A model generated the notes under the pieces. The model made no database searches, had not been told where the DNA came from, and saw only the letters and a program-made list of their open reading frames with translations. A stretch of DNA of 63,122 nucleotides, counting the filler, from Octopus bimaculoides (Eukaryota), in the NCBI RefSeq assembly GCF_001194135.2. It is 6 parts of 6 records of this genome, joined end to end, with 100 filler letters (N's around TTAATTAATTAA, not from the genome) between each part and the next. Parts side by side here need not be neighbours in the genome. Positions count along the whole stretch, not along the records: positions 34,776 to 41,710 come from NC_069006.1; positions 41,811 to 54,026 come from NC_068981.1; 4 more parts are not named here. One strand, written 5' to 3'. The first letter of the stretch is position 1; each line of letters begins with the position of its first letter. Positions 39,213-52,230 of this stretch are shown in pieces. A program made the position numbers and the translations under genes.

Positions 39213-41710
39213 ATGGAGGTGTCCGAGGGGGAGTACACATTAGTTCGGAAACGGGCTCATGTGCCATCCCAAATAGCACAGCACCACATGTTACAAAAAA
39301 ACCCGCCCCATCGCCCCAGAAAAGAAAGAAGACGCTAAAGTCTTAATTGAATACAACAATAAAGATATGTATATGGACGAGGTTGTCGTCAACCATCATC
39401 TCACAGAACTTTTTTCCCAAACACAGTGACTTAAATGAAAGATGTGCCTGTATAGGGGAGACCCTGTACAAACAGTTAAAGAAAAGGCATCCTGAAAACA
39501 TCAAGAGTCTTGTGGCCCTGCCCGGGTATTTGAAGAAGAAGGAAGAAGCTGCCTTACATGTGGTAAGGTCGGCCCCAACATCACCAGTCAAGGGTAAGTA
39601 GAGCCCTTGCTTTCTTCCCCACTGTATTTATGGCTTCGCTTAACCTTGGATGTTTGAATATGCGTGTTCTGAGCTCGAAGTGGAAGCAAGCCTGTTTCCT
39701 CGACGACCTCAGATCACATGATATGCATGTGATGGTTGCTACAGAGACCAATCTGGACAGTCTACAAACCTTCTCACCCCTCCTGAATGGCTATGAGAAA
39801 ATCATGTCTCCTAGCCAGACCAGAGATCATGGGGGTGTATTAGTACTTGCCCGTAAAGGCTTGGCTCTGCAGACAAGTACAGTCTATGTGAACCCTGAAG
39901 GTGGGCTGGTCGTCCTTGATGTGACATACAGCGGTAAGGCTTTCAGGTTGATCAGGATCTACGCACCCTGTGCTAGAGGATTGCAAACTGATTTTTATCG
40001 GCGCCTGGAGAACTTTCTCGTGACGTCGAAAACATTAGTGGTATTGGGAGACTATAACGCTATCGTTGACGCACACATCGATAGCGTTGGCTCGTCTGAT
40101 AGGAAAGTAAACTCACGTTTCGTAGATCTGCTGAAGAAATTTCAGCTAGCAGATGGTTACAGACCGGACCATCCGAACGTCCCAGAATGGACCTGGGTAA
40201 ATGGCGACAGTAGGTTCAAGTCTTATTTAGACAGGATAGTGATAAGAGCTAGAGATAAGGCTAGCTTTAGTTGTCCACACCTTGTTCAGGTGTCCTACAC
40301 TGACCATAGAATGGTCAAGTGTAAGCTGAACATAGTACGGTTAAGAGAGTATCTGGTTACTGGAAGCTGAACAAGTCTATTTTGACTTGCGAGGCATACC
40401 GTAGCCGGATTAAGGAACTAGTACAGAGGGCGCTAACTGGCTCCGTGGTTAATAATCAGTAGTGGTTCGCCCTCAAGAGAGCCATTCGTTTTGAGTCTGT
40501 TAGGTTTAGCCGTCAACTAAGATTAGATAAGACCAGAAGAGAAAGGCAACTAGTTAAGGACTTAGAAGAGGCGCTGTGTTTGGGCTCTGCATCCCACATT
40601 TTGGCAGCGAGAACAGCCTTGGACTGTCACCTCAAAGCCAAACATGAGGGATGTAGAGTTCAGGCTAAAGTGCGAACATTGGGCCGTGAGGGAATTAATG
40701 TTGCCGGATGGGCCCGTGCGGTAGAAACTTAGCGTGGCAATGGTGCCACAATTAGGTCTCAGATTGACAACAATGGGAGTTCGGTCGACGGATGGGACGA
40801 GATGTTTGAGGCGCTTTACAAGCACCTTGCCGAGTTATTCGGGAGGAGCGGGAAGATGGATCATGGTGAGGTCCTTAGGGACTTCCTGTCTGGCGGCCCG
40901 CGTCTCTCGGCACGAGAGGCTGAGTGCTGTGAAGGGCCAATCACAGCCGAGGAGGTGATTGAGGTGCTAGGCGAATGCCCCGGGGAGAAGTCACCGGGTC
41001 TCGATGGTCTGCCCTATGAATTCTATAAGAGTATGCCAGACTTGTTCGGACACCTGCGGACCAGCGTTTACGCCAATTGGCAGCAGAATGGGAGAATGCC
41101 CAAGTCTGCAAGCCGAGGGGTGGTGACGCTGATCAGAAAGGACTCGAGCAAGGGGGACGAGATTAGTAACTTCCGGCCCATAACTCTGCTAAATACACAG
41201 TTAAAAGGTGTTAGCAAAAAGGTTGGCGCGGGTCGTGGACGGACCTGTGGGGAGGGCGCAATCTTGCACAATCCTGGGCAGGTCAATCGACGACAACCTC
41301 CATCTTATACTCTACACCTTAGAAAGGGTAGGGAAGCTTTCTGCCGCAGGAGGGACACTGGTACATTTAGAGAGGTCTAAAGCGTTTGATATGGTCGACC
41401 ATCGGTACTTGGCGGCGGTTCTCGAGAAGGCTGGCCTGGGTCCGACCTTCCGCGGTTGGATTGCTACTTTGTACAGCAACATCGAGTCTGTCGTTAAAGT
41501 GAATGGTTTCTTTTCGAAATCATTCAGGATCGAGCGTTCAGTGCGTCAGGGGTGTCCCCTGTCCCCGCTTTTGTATGTATTGGCTCTTGAGCCATTGCTG
41601 CGGAAGTTGGAGGCACTAGGTGGAGCGCCACATGATCTATGGTATGGATGGTATGGAAGAGGAGCTACGGCGTATGCGGATGACATCTCCGTCATCGTGG
41701 CCGATGAGGG
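39213..41710 (+). mobile_element. Tx1/L1-clade LINE: ORF1 C-terminus plus ORF2 (APE endonuclease and RT), disrupted, 3' end in a gap
   Basis: APE motifs LNMR, ATET, GDYNA, SYLDRI, TDH; GYWKLN; RT motifs KSPGLDGLPYEFY, FRPITLLN, KAFDMVDH, SVRQGCPLSPLLYVLALEPL, AYADD; several frameshifts and stops. Confidence 0.92.
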
Positions 41711-41854
41711 NNNNNNNNNNNNNNNNNNNNNNNNNNNNNNNNNNNNNNNNNNNNTTAATTAATTAANNNNNNNNNNNNNNNNNNNNNNNNNNNNNNNNNN
41801 NNNNNNNNNNGAATAAAGTATGCAATTATAACATGCGTTTTCTCCATTCCTTAA

Positions 41855-41888
<34 letters not shown>

Positions 41889-41924
41889 GCACACATACAT
41901 ATATATATATGTATATATATGTAT

Positions 41925-42002
41925 GGCACCTTGGGCAAGAATCTTCTACTATAGACTTGTGAGTGGATTTGGTAGATGGAAACTAAGCCATTTGCATGTC
42001 TG

Positions 42003-42074
<72 letters not shown>

Positions 42075-42326
42075 CCTACCTATGTGTGTGTGTGTGTGTA
42101 TGTGTGTGTTTGTGTTTGTCCCCACCACCATTTGACAACTGGTGTTGGTGTGTTTACATACCCATAACAAGCAGTTCTGCAAAAGAGACTGATAGTATAA
42201 GTATCAGACTTAACTATAAAATAAATGCTGGGGTCAATTCATTCAATTAAAAACTCTTCAAGGTTGTGCCCTATCATGGTCACAGTCTAGTAACTGAAAC
42301 AAGTAAAAGATAAAAGATAAAAGATA
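41925..42326 (+). mobile_element. SINE family C, 5'-truncated
   Basis: ggcaccttgggcaag..ggtagatggaaact, internal (CTAT)n(TG)n, tail gtaaaagataaaagata. Confidence 0.8.
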
Positions 42327-42444
42327 GTTTTTTGAAAGATTTTGATAATATTGAAGGTAGAAGAATTATAAAAAACAAGTTCAATGTTATATTCTAGTGT
42401 GAATAATTTATAGGTACAGAACAATATATCTTTCTTCCTCTTAG

Positions 42445-42631
42445 AGATGAAGTTGATATTTCCATTCAACAAATGTTAAATGAGAAACAAAGGAGGTTAG
42501 AATATGTAACCATCATGTCTCGAAATATTGAAAAGGACCAGCGTGAACTGAAGAAAGCAGAGTTGCAGGTGAAAATTGCAAAAGATAACTTAAACCATTT
42601 ACGGCATATCTTGAATAAAATTTCTCAGCAG
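42445..42631 (+). CDS. CCDC146: CCDC146-like coiled-coil protein, internal exon A (DEVDISIQQMLNEKQRRLEYVTIMSRNIEKDQRELKKAELQVKIAKDNLNHLRHILNKISQQ)
   Basis: Acceptor tttcttcctcttag|, donor cag|gtaaag; 187 nt, phase 2 to 0. Peptide resembles the recalled vertebrate CCDC146 segment ERDFRNLRKMELLLKVSWDAL. Confidence 0.8.
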
Positions 42632-43750
42632 GTAAAGATTCCATTAATTACATATAACTACAATTTATTGTTTCTTTTTTTAACTTTGCACATGTTTTCT
42701 CCAATTATAGTGAGTTGGAAAAACATGAAAATTTGTATACTTCTGTTGGATATTTGAAACTGCAAAATAAAATTGATACACATATCCTCCTCCTCTTTCC
42801 TCTCCTTCTTCTTCTTCTTCCTCTTCTTCTTCTTTTCTCTTCCTCCTCCTCTTCCCTCCTTTCTTATATAGCACATACTATCAGTATCACTTCTAAGTCT
42901 TCCTGCTCCATGAAATCTCTTACAGCTGCCATCTTTCTTTGGGCCTCCAGCTTCTCTAGAAGAGCTTTGACAAAAAGATGCCAGTAGTCTCTGAGGCAAA
43001 TTGCATCCATTGCTCAAGATGTGGGGTTTTTTTCTTGCATGAACTGTGTTTCCAAGGTAGAAATGTTAACACTAAGCTTAGCCCCACTTTCCAACCTGAA
43101 TGTAGAGGTCCAAGACTATGCTTGGCAACCTTTTACTGTGCCATGGCCATTCTTTGAACCTCTGAGAGGAACCGTCTCCACAGAGAATTTTAGCTGAGAT
43201 ATCTACCTATGATGAACACTTGTATATAATGAGTTGACTGTAGACAAAGTGAAACACAATAACAGTCATACAATGCCTACTAAGCCAAAATACAACTTGC
43301 TATCCAACTGGAAAGTTGAGAGACATGACTATGATTATGCTGGTCTCAGGTCAATTGCGATAAATACCAAAGTTTTGTCTTTACCTAATCTGGAACTAGA
43401 AGAACTAAAATTACTACTACTGGGTAACTTTTGTTGGTTTTTCAGAGCAGACTTATGGCATGGTATTAGACAATAAAATAAATTATTCAACCTATCTTTT
43501 AGCAAGTCAATCCTTTCTTTTATTATAGACTTGCTGTCTAAAATTTGGTGTAAGTAAGAAGCTTGTTGAGATTTTAGTTGCTGTATTGACTGTATTGGGT
43601 TACTGCAAAAATACTTCTGTTATCACAGGATAATTTATTCATTGATGTGACGTATAACAATGTATACTGTCTAAATTTTTTTTTCTAATATAATCTTTCT
43701 CTAATTAAGTTTTTATCAATAAGATTATGTAAATATAAAACTGTTTCCAG

Positions 43751-43846
43751 AAAGAATCAGTCCCAATTGATGATGAAAATAGAGCCAAAAAAATACAAGA
43801 TTTGAAAGCAGAAAATGAAATAAAGTCACAACAGCTAAGTTCACAG
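43751..43846 (+). CDS. CCDC146: CCDC146-like exon B (KESVPIDDENRAKKIQDLKAENEIKSQQLSSQ)
   Basis: Acceptor ctgtttccag|, donor cag|gtaact; 96 nt, phase 0 to 0. Collinear with recalled MEAIPKDDSTLSERRRELHKEVE. Confidence 0.8.
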
Positions 43847-44603
43847 GTAACTTGTAATAATTCTTCTCTTGAACAAATTTATCAATTTCTACTATATTTA
43901 GAAAACTAGATAGTTTTAATGATATTCTGTGTCATCATGTTCTATGAATTTCTTTCATTCTGCTGCTCTAATATCTGACAGTCTGTACAGTCTTTGCACT
44001 TGGATTATAGAAATATGAGAATCTTCCAGTATGAAAAGCAAGCATAGAAAAGTAAAATAATTTATTTTTTAATGGTTTAATCAGAAAAGAAAAAGTAGAG
44101 TCTATGAACCTTTTCAGGGATACCTGCCCAGATTGTCTGCAACAGAGGGATATCCTCCAAAGGCATTCAATGTCCAGGTGGTGATCTTGTATGAGTGAAT
44201 GATAGGTTATAAACCTATCATCCTGGAGAAGGAACAGTTCCACTGATAGGATTCACAGAGTTTACTTTACAAAATTCCACAGAGTTTCTCTCTATAAAAT
44301 TTCATTTACAGAGCTTTCCCAAAATTCTGCATTGTAGCATTGAACCTAACACCACAGAGTTGCCAAGCAAACTTCTTAACCCCTCAGCCAAACCTGCATC
44401 CAAGTGAGAATTGAAACTTGGGTTGTATTTTGAAGTTGCTAAGAGTATTCATTGCTTTAAGGAATTGCACCAAGATGATGATGATGATGACGACAACGAA
44501 GGTGGCGATGAGGAATTGCACCATCATCATGATGACGATGATGACGGCGATGACGATGGTGACAATGACTGAAAACGATAACGATAATGATGATAATTTC
44601 TTT

Positions 44604-44653
<50 letters not shown>

Positions 44654-44986
44654 GTAAATAGATATTTTTTATTAAAAATTTGTACATAAAGACGTGTATT
44701 TTAGCATAATTAGTAGCTCAAAAGAAGAAAAAAAAATTCAGGATCCAATTTAAATATGTTGGAAGGCAATTGTTAACAGGATAAGGAATTTGAAGAATCA
44801 ATTCAGCTACAAGAAAAACAATGGAGTATGCTAAGAGAAGAAACATCTAATATTCTGTGTAAGGCTGTTCAAACATTTTCCCAGATATATCTGTTGTTGA
44901 AAGTGAGGTTTTGTCTAAAGCAATGACCAAAAGAATAAAAGACAATTATTATTATTTGGGACTTGTTTTTTTTTTTACTTTTCAAG

Positions 44987-45112
44987 AACAGACTAATGGC
45001 AACAGAAAATATCAAGTTTGACAAAAATGTTCAACATGAACAAGAATTGTTGCATGAATACTTTGAAGGGGATTTAGAACTGCAAGAATTGAGTCGACTT
45101 GCAATCCTGAAG
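44987..45112 (+). CDS. CCDC146: CCDC146-like exon C (NRLMATENIKFDKNVQHEQELLHEYFEGDLELQELSRLAILK)
   Basis: Acceptor ttttacttttcaag|, donor aag|gtaagt; 126 nt, phase 0 to 0. Confidence 0.8.
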
Positions 45113-45719
45113 GTAAGTAAACTCTTGTATTTATATATTTCTTCATTATTCTACCATTTACTTGATATATGGTTGATTGGCACCTGCCATGTCTTTTTCA
45201 TGATTTAACAGAGAAAAACAAATCAAATAATTTCCTTGATTCTATTAGACTTTTATGGTTCCTGACACTAATTGCTGTCACTGTTTAAGTAAGGTTCATC
45301 ATTAAGCCATTTCACTGCAAGCTCTTTTTCCTAAATACAAATTGTTGTAATTCTTAGAGAGATTCTAAAGTGGAAATGCCTACAGAACCCAAAGTATGGA
45401 ATGTAGAAAAGAAGACCAGAATTAAACACTTGGTGAACATCCATGTAGACACTAATTGCTTTATTATGCTTATTACTAATCTTGTCATTAGTCTGAGGTT
45501 TCAACAAAGGAGCTGTATGGGTTGATACCCACTGGACTCTGTTTCCCCTTATTTATTTATTTATTTAATTATTTATTTATTTATCTATTTATATATTTAT
45601 TTATTTATCTATTTACTTATTTATTTTCATGCTTTGTGTATCTACCCACAAACATTTATTTAAAAAATTTAATCTTGCTTTATCCATTTCTATAAAGAAA
45701 TACAATCTAAATTTAATTG

Positions 45720-46035
45720 TTGATTTTGAAATTCTCGTGACTCACTTGCTGCACAGATTTACATGAACCCTGGCAATACTTTTCTAGTTACTCTTTCTTG
45801 TTTTGTGGAGCTTGCTGATGCCTGCAATCTTCCAGAACATTTCTTGATGGCATTCTGAACAGTTCCATCTGCTTCAAACTTAGCTCTAATTCAAGTAAGT
45901 CATATAGATGGACCTGTTTGAAACTCCCTCCTAAACAGTCTTTGCACTTTGTTTTCAAACTTCCAGGAGCACTTTAGGATAAATTTTCTTTGTTCAAAGC
46001 TTGTCTTGTTCCATTCATTACTTCTAATAGGTTAT
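45720..46035 (-). mobile_element. Tc1/mariner transposase N-terminal remnant (DUF4817-type HTH)
   Basis: Minus frame FEQRKFILKCSWKFE..VQRLFRREFQT..IRAKFEADGTVQN..SGR, with stops. Confidence 0.7.
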
Positions 46036-46079
46036 AGCTGAATAAAAATGAAAATTGTCATTTGCTGTTAAAGTGTATA

Positions 46080-46376
46080 TTGCAGAGTAGTATATTCTTA
46101 GTTATGATATATAACCAGTCAGAAAGTTATCATTGCTTTTGTGTCTACTGTTGCACTTAACATTACTGACAACTCATCAGACATGCTGATATCTTGTTTT
46201 TTTTCACCACCATGCTGACCAAGACTGTATATTTACCTCCAGCATTAAAGACGCTGTGTACTTCCAGCCAGCATATCCAGTGAGTTGTCTGCATTGCTAA
46301 GTGCAATAGTAAATATGAATATATAGTAATTTTCTGACTGGTTATATGTCATAACTAGGAATGTGCTACTCAGTGA
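46080..46376. mobile_element. MITE of about 295 bp with ~48-bp TIRs
   Basis: Left gagtagtatattcttagttatgatatataaccagtcagaaagtta versus reverse complement of right gagtagcacattcctagttatgacatataaccagtcagaaaatta. Confidence 0.75.
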
Positions 46377-46452
46377 TATAAAGATATAACTGCTCCAATT
46401 CTCCTTTAGGGTGTTCTTTTTTCTCACTTATGGACAATTGACTGATAACATA

Positions 46453-46483
<31 letters not shown>

Positions 46484-46563
46484 AATGCATGTATGTATGC
46501 TGCATGTATATATACTTTTAAATTATTGTTTAAGAATGTTATGTATTTCTACATATTTTCTAG

Positions 46564-46697
46564 ACTATTGAGCGGGACAAAAAAGCCCGAGAAAAAAATC
46601 GAGCTGACAACCGATATCGATGTATAAAGGAGGAATTAAAAGCAAAATATGGTCTTATTGATGATCATAAGAAGAAGTTGAGAGAAAAAAAGAAAAG
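46564..46697 (+). CDS. CCDC146: CCDC146-like exon D (TIERDKKAREKNRADNRYRCIKEELKAKYGLIDDHKKKLREKKK)
   Basis: Acceptor catattttctag|, donor ag|gtacgg; 134 nt, phase 0 to 2. Resembles recalled KEMKAKDLEIRIHKKK. Confidence 0.82.
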
Positions 46698-48335
46698 GTA
46701 CGGAACCATTGCTTTTTTTTTTTCCAGAAATGTTTAAAATTGTTTGTATTTTATTCTACAATTAATTTTAATCATTAAATGTGGAATGTTTATATAACAT
46801 TTATATAACATTTCTAACATGGCACAATAATATTTCTTTTAATTTGCTGTACAAATGAGAATATTTTTCCCCCTACAATATAAATGGAACAAATCAACGA
46901 ACTATTATTGAACTCAAATTCCAAATTATAGTCAATCAAATTGATCAATTATTGGTCATCTAAACAACTCATGAGTAACCTGCAGCCTGCAGAACTTTCT
47001 GAATGGCACACCTAATGAAAAATTACCTTGAAATTTTTTTATTAGTATTCCCTACCTAATGGTGAACCATATTTCACATGACTCACTTCTCGAAAAAGAC
47101 TGCCTATGTCTGATCTTAAACGAAGACAAGCAATCCTTGTCTTGTGGAAAATAAAATATTTTATCAGAGATAATAATGGTAGTCATTTTTAATTAGTCTT
47201 GGGTAGGTTCATATAATGCCAGTAACAACCACATCTTTAAATGCACCCAATGCTCAAAAATAGAACTTTTGAGTGGTCTCTTGACTGGTTAGAAATAGCA
47301 ACTAAATATCCCTCAAATTGAAAAATGGTAAGGATAATACAGTCCTAAAGGATGGGAGTGTCACAACTTGGTGATGCTGGGCTTTGTATTTTTTCATTGC
47401 TCCCATGGTTACCGAGATAATCTACTATAATGATACTCTTGTGTTTATGAATGAGAAAGGAAGGGGTGATAGATGAATAAGGAAGGAGGGGGTGAGCGTT
47501 TCAACTCTGTGTGAATATATATGTGTATATGTAAAAGGAAGGGGGTATGTGAGTGTGTGTGTGTGTGTGTGTGTGTGCATGTGTGTGTGTGTGTTTGTGT
47601 GTGTGTGCATGTGCATNNNNNNNNNNTGGAAGTGGGATGGTTCATCTTTGTTTGCTTAGTATTTGGGTTTATTTTTTTGATTTGGTTGAATCTTGGTTGG
47701 TTTTTTTTTGTTGGTCAGTTATTTTTAGTGTTTTGACAGAAAAAAAGTCATTCTAAAATTGTTTTTTTAATGTAAGCATGCCCAAACAAGTTGAATACTT
47801 ACACAGAGCAGGTTTTACAGCCACATCATCCTAACTGACCGGGTGAAACTGGGCTTAGCTGCTAGTATACATATATGAGCATTGTAGTTCACTTGAAGCA
47901 ATGTAGCACACAAGTAGAAAGGAAGTAGAAGAAAGCAGTCGAAGAAATGTCTAGTATATCAATTCATGTATATAAAGAATAAAGTTAACTAGGCAAGCCA
48001 ATGTGGTTGCTTGACCTCTTAGAAATAGCATCTATTACACTGTAATTACACTGTACTTTCTTAAGAAAGCAGATAAAATTGGATTATGTAGCCCTAGATA
48101 TATTGTATCTGATTGAAAGATGGTTATATGGTCATGACTGAAATCTGATTGTTAGTCTGCTTGATCAGAGCTGAGCTGTGATTAAACAGCAGTAACCACA
48201 ACAGTATATTTACCCAAACAAAATAATCGTCTCTTCTTCTACATCTTCATTTTCTTTCCTTTCCTTTCCTTTTCTTTTCTATCCATGCCTTCCTCAGTTT
48301 CTTCCCACCATTTATATTTTTCTTGCTTGTTGTAG

Positions 48336-48500
48336 ACTAAAGGTTTTTGCCCAGAAATATGAAAGCATGAAAACTGACCGGAACAAGTATGTAACCCTCA
48401 TCCAGAGTAGTACACAAAAGACCAGTGAACTGAGACAGAAGATAAAAATCATACAGAATGAAATGGAGATCCTCCGAACAGCAGTTGTGCTGAAAGACAA
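48336..48500 (+). CDS. CCDC146: CCDC146-like exon E (LKVFAQKYESMKTDRNKYVTLIQSSTQKTSELRQKIKIIQNEMEILRTAVVLKD)
   Basis: Acceptor tcttgcttgttgtag|, donor aa|gtgagt; 165 nt, phase 2 to 2. Good match to recalled [28 protein letters not shown]. Confidence 0.88.
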
Positions 48501-49679
48501 GTGAGTAGGAAACAGTTACTTTATGTGGCAGAGTTATTTAGATGATTGACTAGCTTCTTAATTATCTTCTATTATCTTTATTTTTAATACAGATTTCAGT
48601 CTTTGGAGAAGGTCATACTAATACACATTACTTACGGTTTATTTTTGTTGTTGGTTATACGATCAACTCTATTTTGTCTGGCACTTATTAATAGTTTTGT
48701 AAAGGGAGATAACTTATTCAGACTTGGATACCACTGAATATATCTTTTCAAGTGGTTTGGGTCTCACTCACTTCACACTGATACAAGCATATAGAAGAAT
48801 TCTCTGCATGTAATTCACAATAAAAATGCATCTAATATATTTTGTAACAAGGTTGGTGAATGAACTGAGACAACACAGGGTAGAGAGTTTTACTGGACAC
48901 AAGACAGCCTCAATGGTGCTAATGCTATAATATATACATACAATACACTCTCTGTAAAGGCTGGTAATAGGAAGGCACCTAGCCACAGAAACTTGATAAA
49001 AAATAGAATGTAAGAAGGAAAGATGGTTCTGTCTAGGAGAGCAGAAACTCCAAATAAGAGCTGACTCACACTGTGTCCATCTCTCCAACCCATTCTAGAA
49101 TAGAAAAGGGTATATAAAATAATGATGATGGTAGTGGTGGTGGTGATGAGGAGAATGAGGATGAGGAGGAGACAAACTGAATTTTAAATTTACTTCAGCA
49201 TATCATGAAAAATTGTTTTAGTTTTGTCATAAACAAATGGTTGAAACATGAAGCCTTTCATTACATTGCCATTTCAACCAAACACTCCTCATAGCAAAAA
49301 AAGACAGGTCTATTGACTAACTATTCTTATGTATAATCTATTGAGGGCCTACCATTTTTTTAATAATCAACTGAAACTATACATGTAATGAAATTACAGA
49401 AACAAAAATTAATGAAAGCTCTTGTGAAGAAAGGTCAAGGGAAATAAATCAAATTACTTTTAGTTGAATGTGGATGTGTAGTGGGACATTAGCCTGATTT
49501 GTGATATGCTCAATGAAAACGCCAGACTTGTTAGTTTTATTAGGCCTCTTTTGCAAAGCTTAGTCTAACACATACTCACCAGATTTTAGAATGAGTGAAA
49601 GGATAAATATTTTGAGAAACATAGTGTCATGGGAAAATTTTCTAGAGATGCCTTTTGCATTGAAAGCAATTAATCATCA

Positions 49680-50030
49680 CCATCATTATCATTGTTTAAC
49701 GTCTGTTTTCTGCACTGGCATGGGTTGGATCATTTGACAGGAGTTGACCAGACTCCAGAGGTCTGTTGTGGTATGGTTTCTATGGCTGGATGCCCTTCCT
49801 AATGCTGACCACTTTAAAGAATGTGCTGGGAGCATTTTATGTGCCACTGGCACAGGTGCATTTATGCAGCACCTGTATGAGTGCATTTTATGTGGCACCA
49901 GCACCTGTAAAGGACAAGCCTGTATGTATGGATGACAGTGATTTTTCTTAGCTTGATGCATGTTCGCAAGTACAACAAATCATCATAACTCCTGGTCCCT
50001 TGTCATTTCCTGAGTGAGGCTCATTAAGTG
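49680..50030 (-). mobile_element. Interspersed repeat with an RTE-like 3' end and (CAT)-type tail
   Basis: catcattatcattgtttaacgtc..ggctggatgcccttcctaatgc resembles recalled RTE-related SINE tails. Confidence 0.45.
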
Positions 50031-50132
50031 GTTTTTAAAGCATTTTCTTTAATATTCACAAATTTGAGAGACTTTTGTGATAAATAGTGTAATGCAAATG
50101 ATAGGCATAAATTATTACACTTTACATGTGAA

Positions 50133-50330
50133 TATGGGTTCTGTGATTAAGAAGTTTGCTTCCCAAACACATTGGTTTGGGGTTCAATCTCACTGTATCA
50201 CATCTTGGGCAAGTGTTTTCCACTATAACCCGAGACTAACCAAAACCTTATGAGTGAATTTGGTCAAAACTGAAAGAAGCCTGCCGTTCATGTGTGTGCA
50301 TGTGTGTGTGTTTCCATGTGTTTGATTACA
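50133..50330 (+). mobile_element. SINE family C, old 5' half
   Basis: ctgtgattaagaagtttgcttccc..ggttcaatc..cttgggcaagtg..aaactgaaagaagcc. Confidence 0.7.
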
Positions 50331-50624
50331 TCTACACTCTATGAAAGTCATAAGCTACATGTGGTGTTGTAGCCAATTCTCTTGTCAACAAATTTTCTAC
50401 TCACATTGTGCCTTCAAAGTTGTGAGAAATAAGGGATGCCTTTCCTTGAAAAACAGGTAAGTGTTAGTGACAGAAAGAGCATCTGGTAGTAAAACAATAC
50501 CTTAGTAATATATTCATATAATACTGCTGCATGGTAAAATAGACATCAAATGAATCAGTGTATAAAAGAGCTTTAATGTCCCTGTAGATAAATACATATT
50601 AACTGGAATTTGTTCTTGTTGCAG

Positions 50625-50849
50625 ACAACTTCATAAAGAGCGACTAAAACACATGCAGAATGTCATGCTACGTGATGCCCTGCGTGAAGACATAGATAGA
50701 CATCATCGGAAGGTAATTGACTTGGAAGAGCAATGTGAACAACAAAAAATAGAGATAAGGAAGTTTAATTACATGATTAACCAAACTGAAGAACATATGA
50801 TCAAGCTGAGAAAGAGATATGAAAATGCCATTCAAGAACGTAACAAAAA
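50625..50849 (+). CDS. CCDC146: CCDC146-like exon F (QLHKERLKHMQNVMLRDALREDIDRHHRKVIDLEEQCEQQKIEIRKFNYMINQTEEHMIKLRKRYENAIQERNK)
   Basis: Acceptor tgttcttgttgcag|, donor aa|gtatgt; 225 nt, phase 2 to 2. Matches recalled IEEEMVQLRKRYEKAVQHRN. Confidence 0.88.
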
Positions 50850-51775
50850 GTATGTTGTTGTTGTTTTTGTATGATTGTTTTGTGATTGTTGTTGTGGTTG
50901 TAAATTTGATTATGTTTTTTGGCTTGTGTGTATCAGTTTTAGGTTATAGCTCCTTAGCATTCAGATTACTCTGTCAATGCTTATTTGTGGCAGTGTTGTT
51001 GCTGTAGTTGTGTGTGTGTGTTGTTGTTGTTCGTGGTGGTGGTGGTGGTGTTGGTGGTGGCAACAACGACGACGACGACGAGGAAGAGGAGGATTTTTGC
51101 TGTAGTCTTAGATGCTTTTGTTGTTCAGAATTTATTAGCATACGCAGTGTTTTATAGGTAAGTAATGAAGGCTAATAAATATTGGGAACATATTCCCTTT
51201 AAAGAGGAAATTAAGCAATAGCACAAAGATGATTGTCTGAAGTTTGTTTTTAACTTTATGATGCATACATTATCAATATGCAGTGAAAGAAATCTTTATT
51301 TATTGACGCTTTTCAGTTTATTTAAGAGTGATAAGTACGTTTGAAGTAACAGCATTCAATTTTATCAAATACACACACACATCATCATCAACACTGTTAC
51401 AGTGTCAAAAACAGCCTGCTTATTATTTTTGTTTAATTACTCTTAGAATCATACCATCCTTGAATCTTATGAAAAGAAATCAGGTATCAAGAGGATATCT
51501 ATAAGATATAATCCATGTAAAAATCTATCAATGTTTTATGAACTTCATGTTATTTCATTGCATGTCATTGAAATGTTTAATAGTATGATATGCTTTTATT
51601 GGTTCTAATCATTGAACTGCAGCCACGCTGGGGCACTACCTGTAAGCGTTTAATCACTCAGTTGGCTCCACTGCACAATATCTTTGTTGTGAAGTGAATT
51701 TCTTAATTACATAGCTGTGTTTCTGAATGAAACATGCCTATAGGTTCTACTTCACTATTTATTGCCTCTGATCCT

Positions 51776-51993
51776 TTAACCTTAAGCATTCACATTACTC
51801 TGTCAAATGTAATACTTATTTATTCACATCATTTTGAATCAATCATGCATTATTTCATAGCTTTAAGGTGATTGTTTATTTATAGAATGACATTGTAGGG
51901 TGGGTGTGAGAGGTTGGATCTATCTGATTTGAACATAAAACAGATAGAATATTTTGGGCCTGATATAGTCACTTTAAATGCTAAAGGGTTTAA
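51776..51993. mobile_element. piggyBac-type MITE of about 215 bp
   Basis: ttaa|ccttaagcatt ... aatgctaaaggg|tttaa: imperfect TIRs with TTAA-like targets. A fragment of the same 5' end lies near 50950-50985. Confidence 0.65.
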
Positions 51994-52230
51994 ACTCTTT
52001 TTATTATAAATATGTAATTCTCCTGTAAAGTTATTTCTCTTCTTGGTCTCACAATGAAGTGTTTTGAAACCCTGTATGTTTTTTACCAGTACAGATCATG
52101 TAATATGGGTATTTGTGGGTATTTTAAATATTTTGATGTGATCTTATGTTATTTTGAGGACTAACTTCACTTGATGAAAAGATGTCTCATTAAGGTCAGA
52201 ATATCATATCATTTTTTTTTTTTTTTGTAG

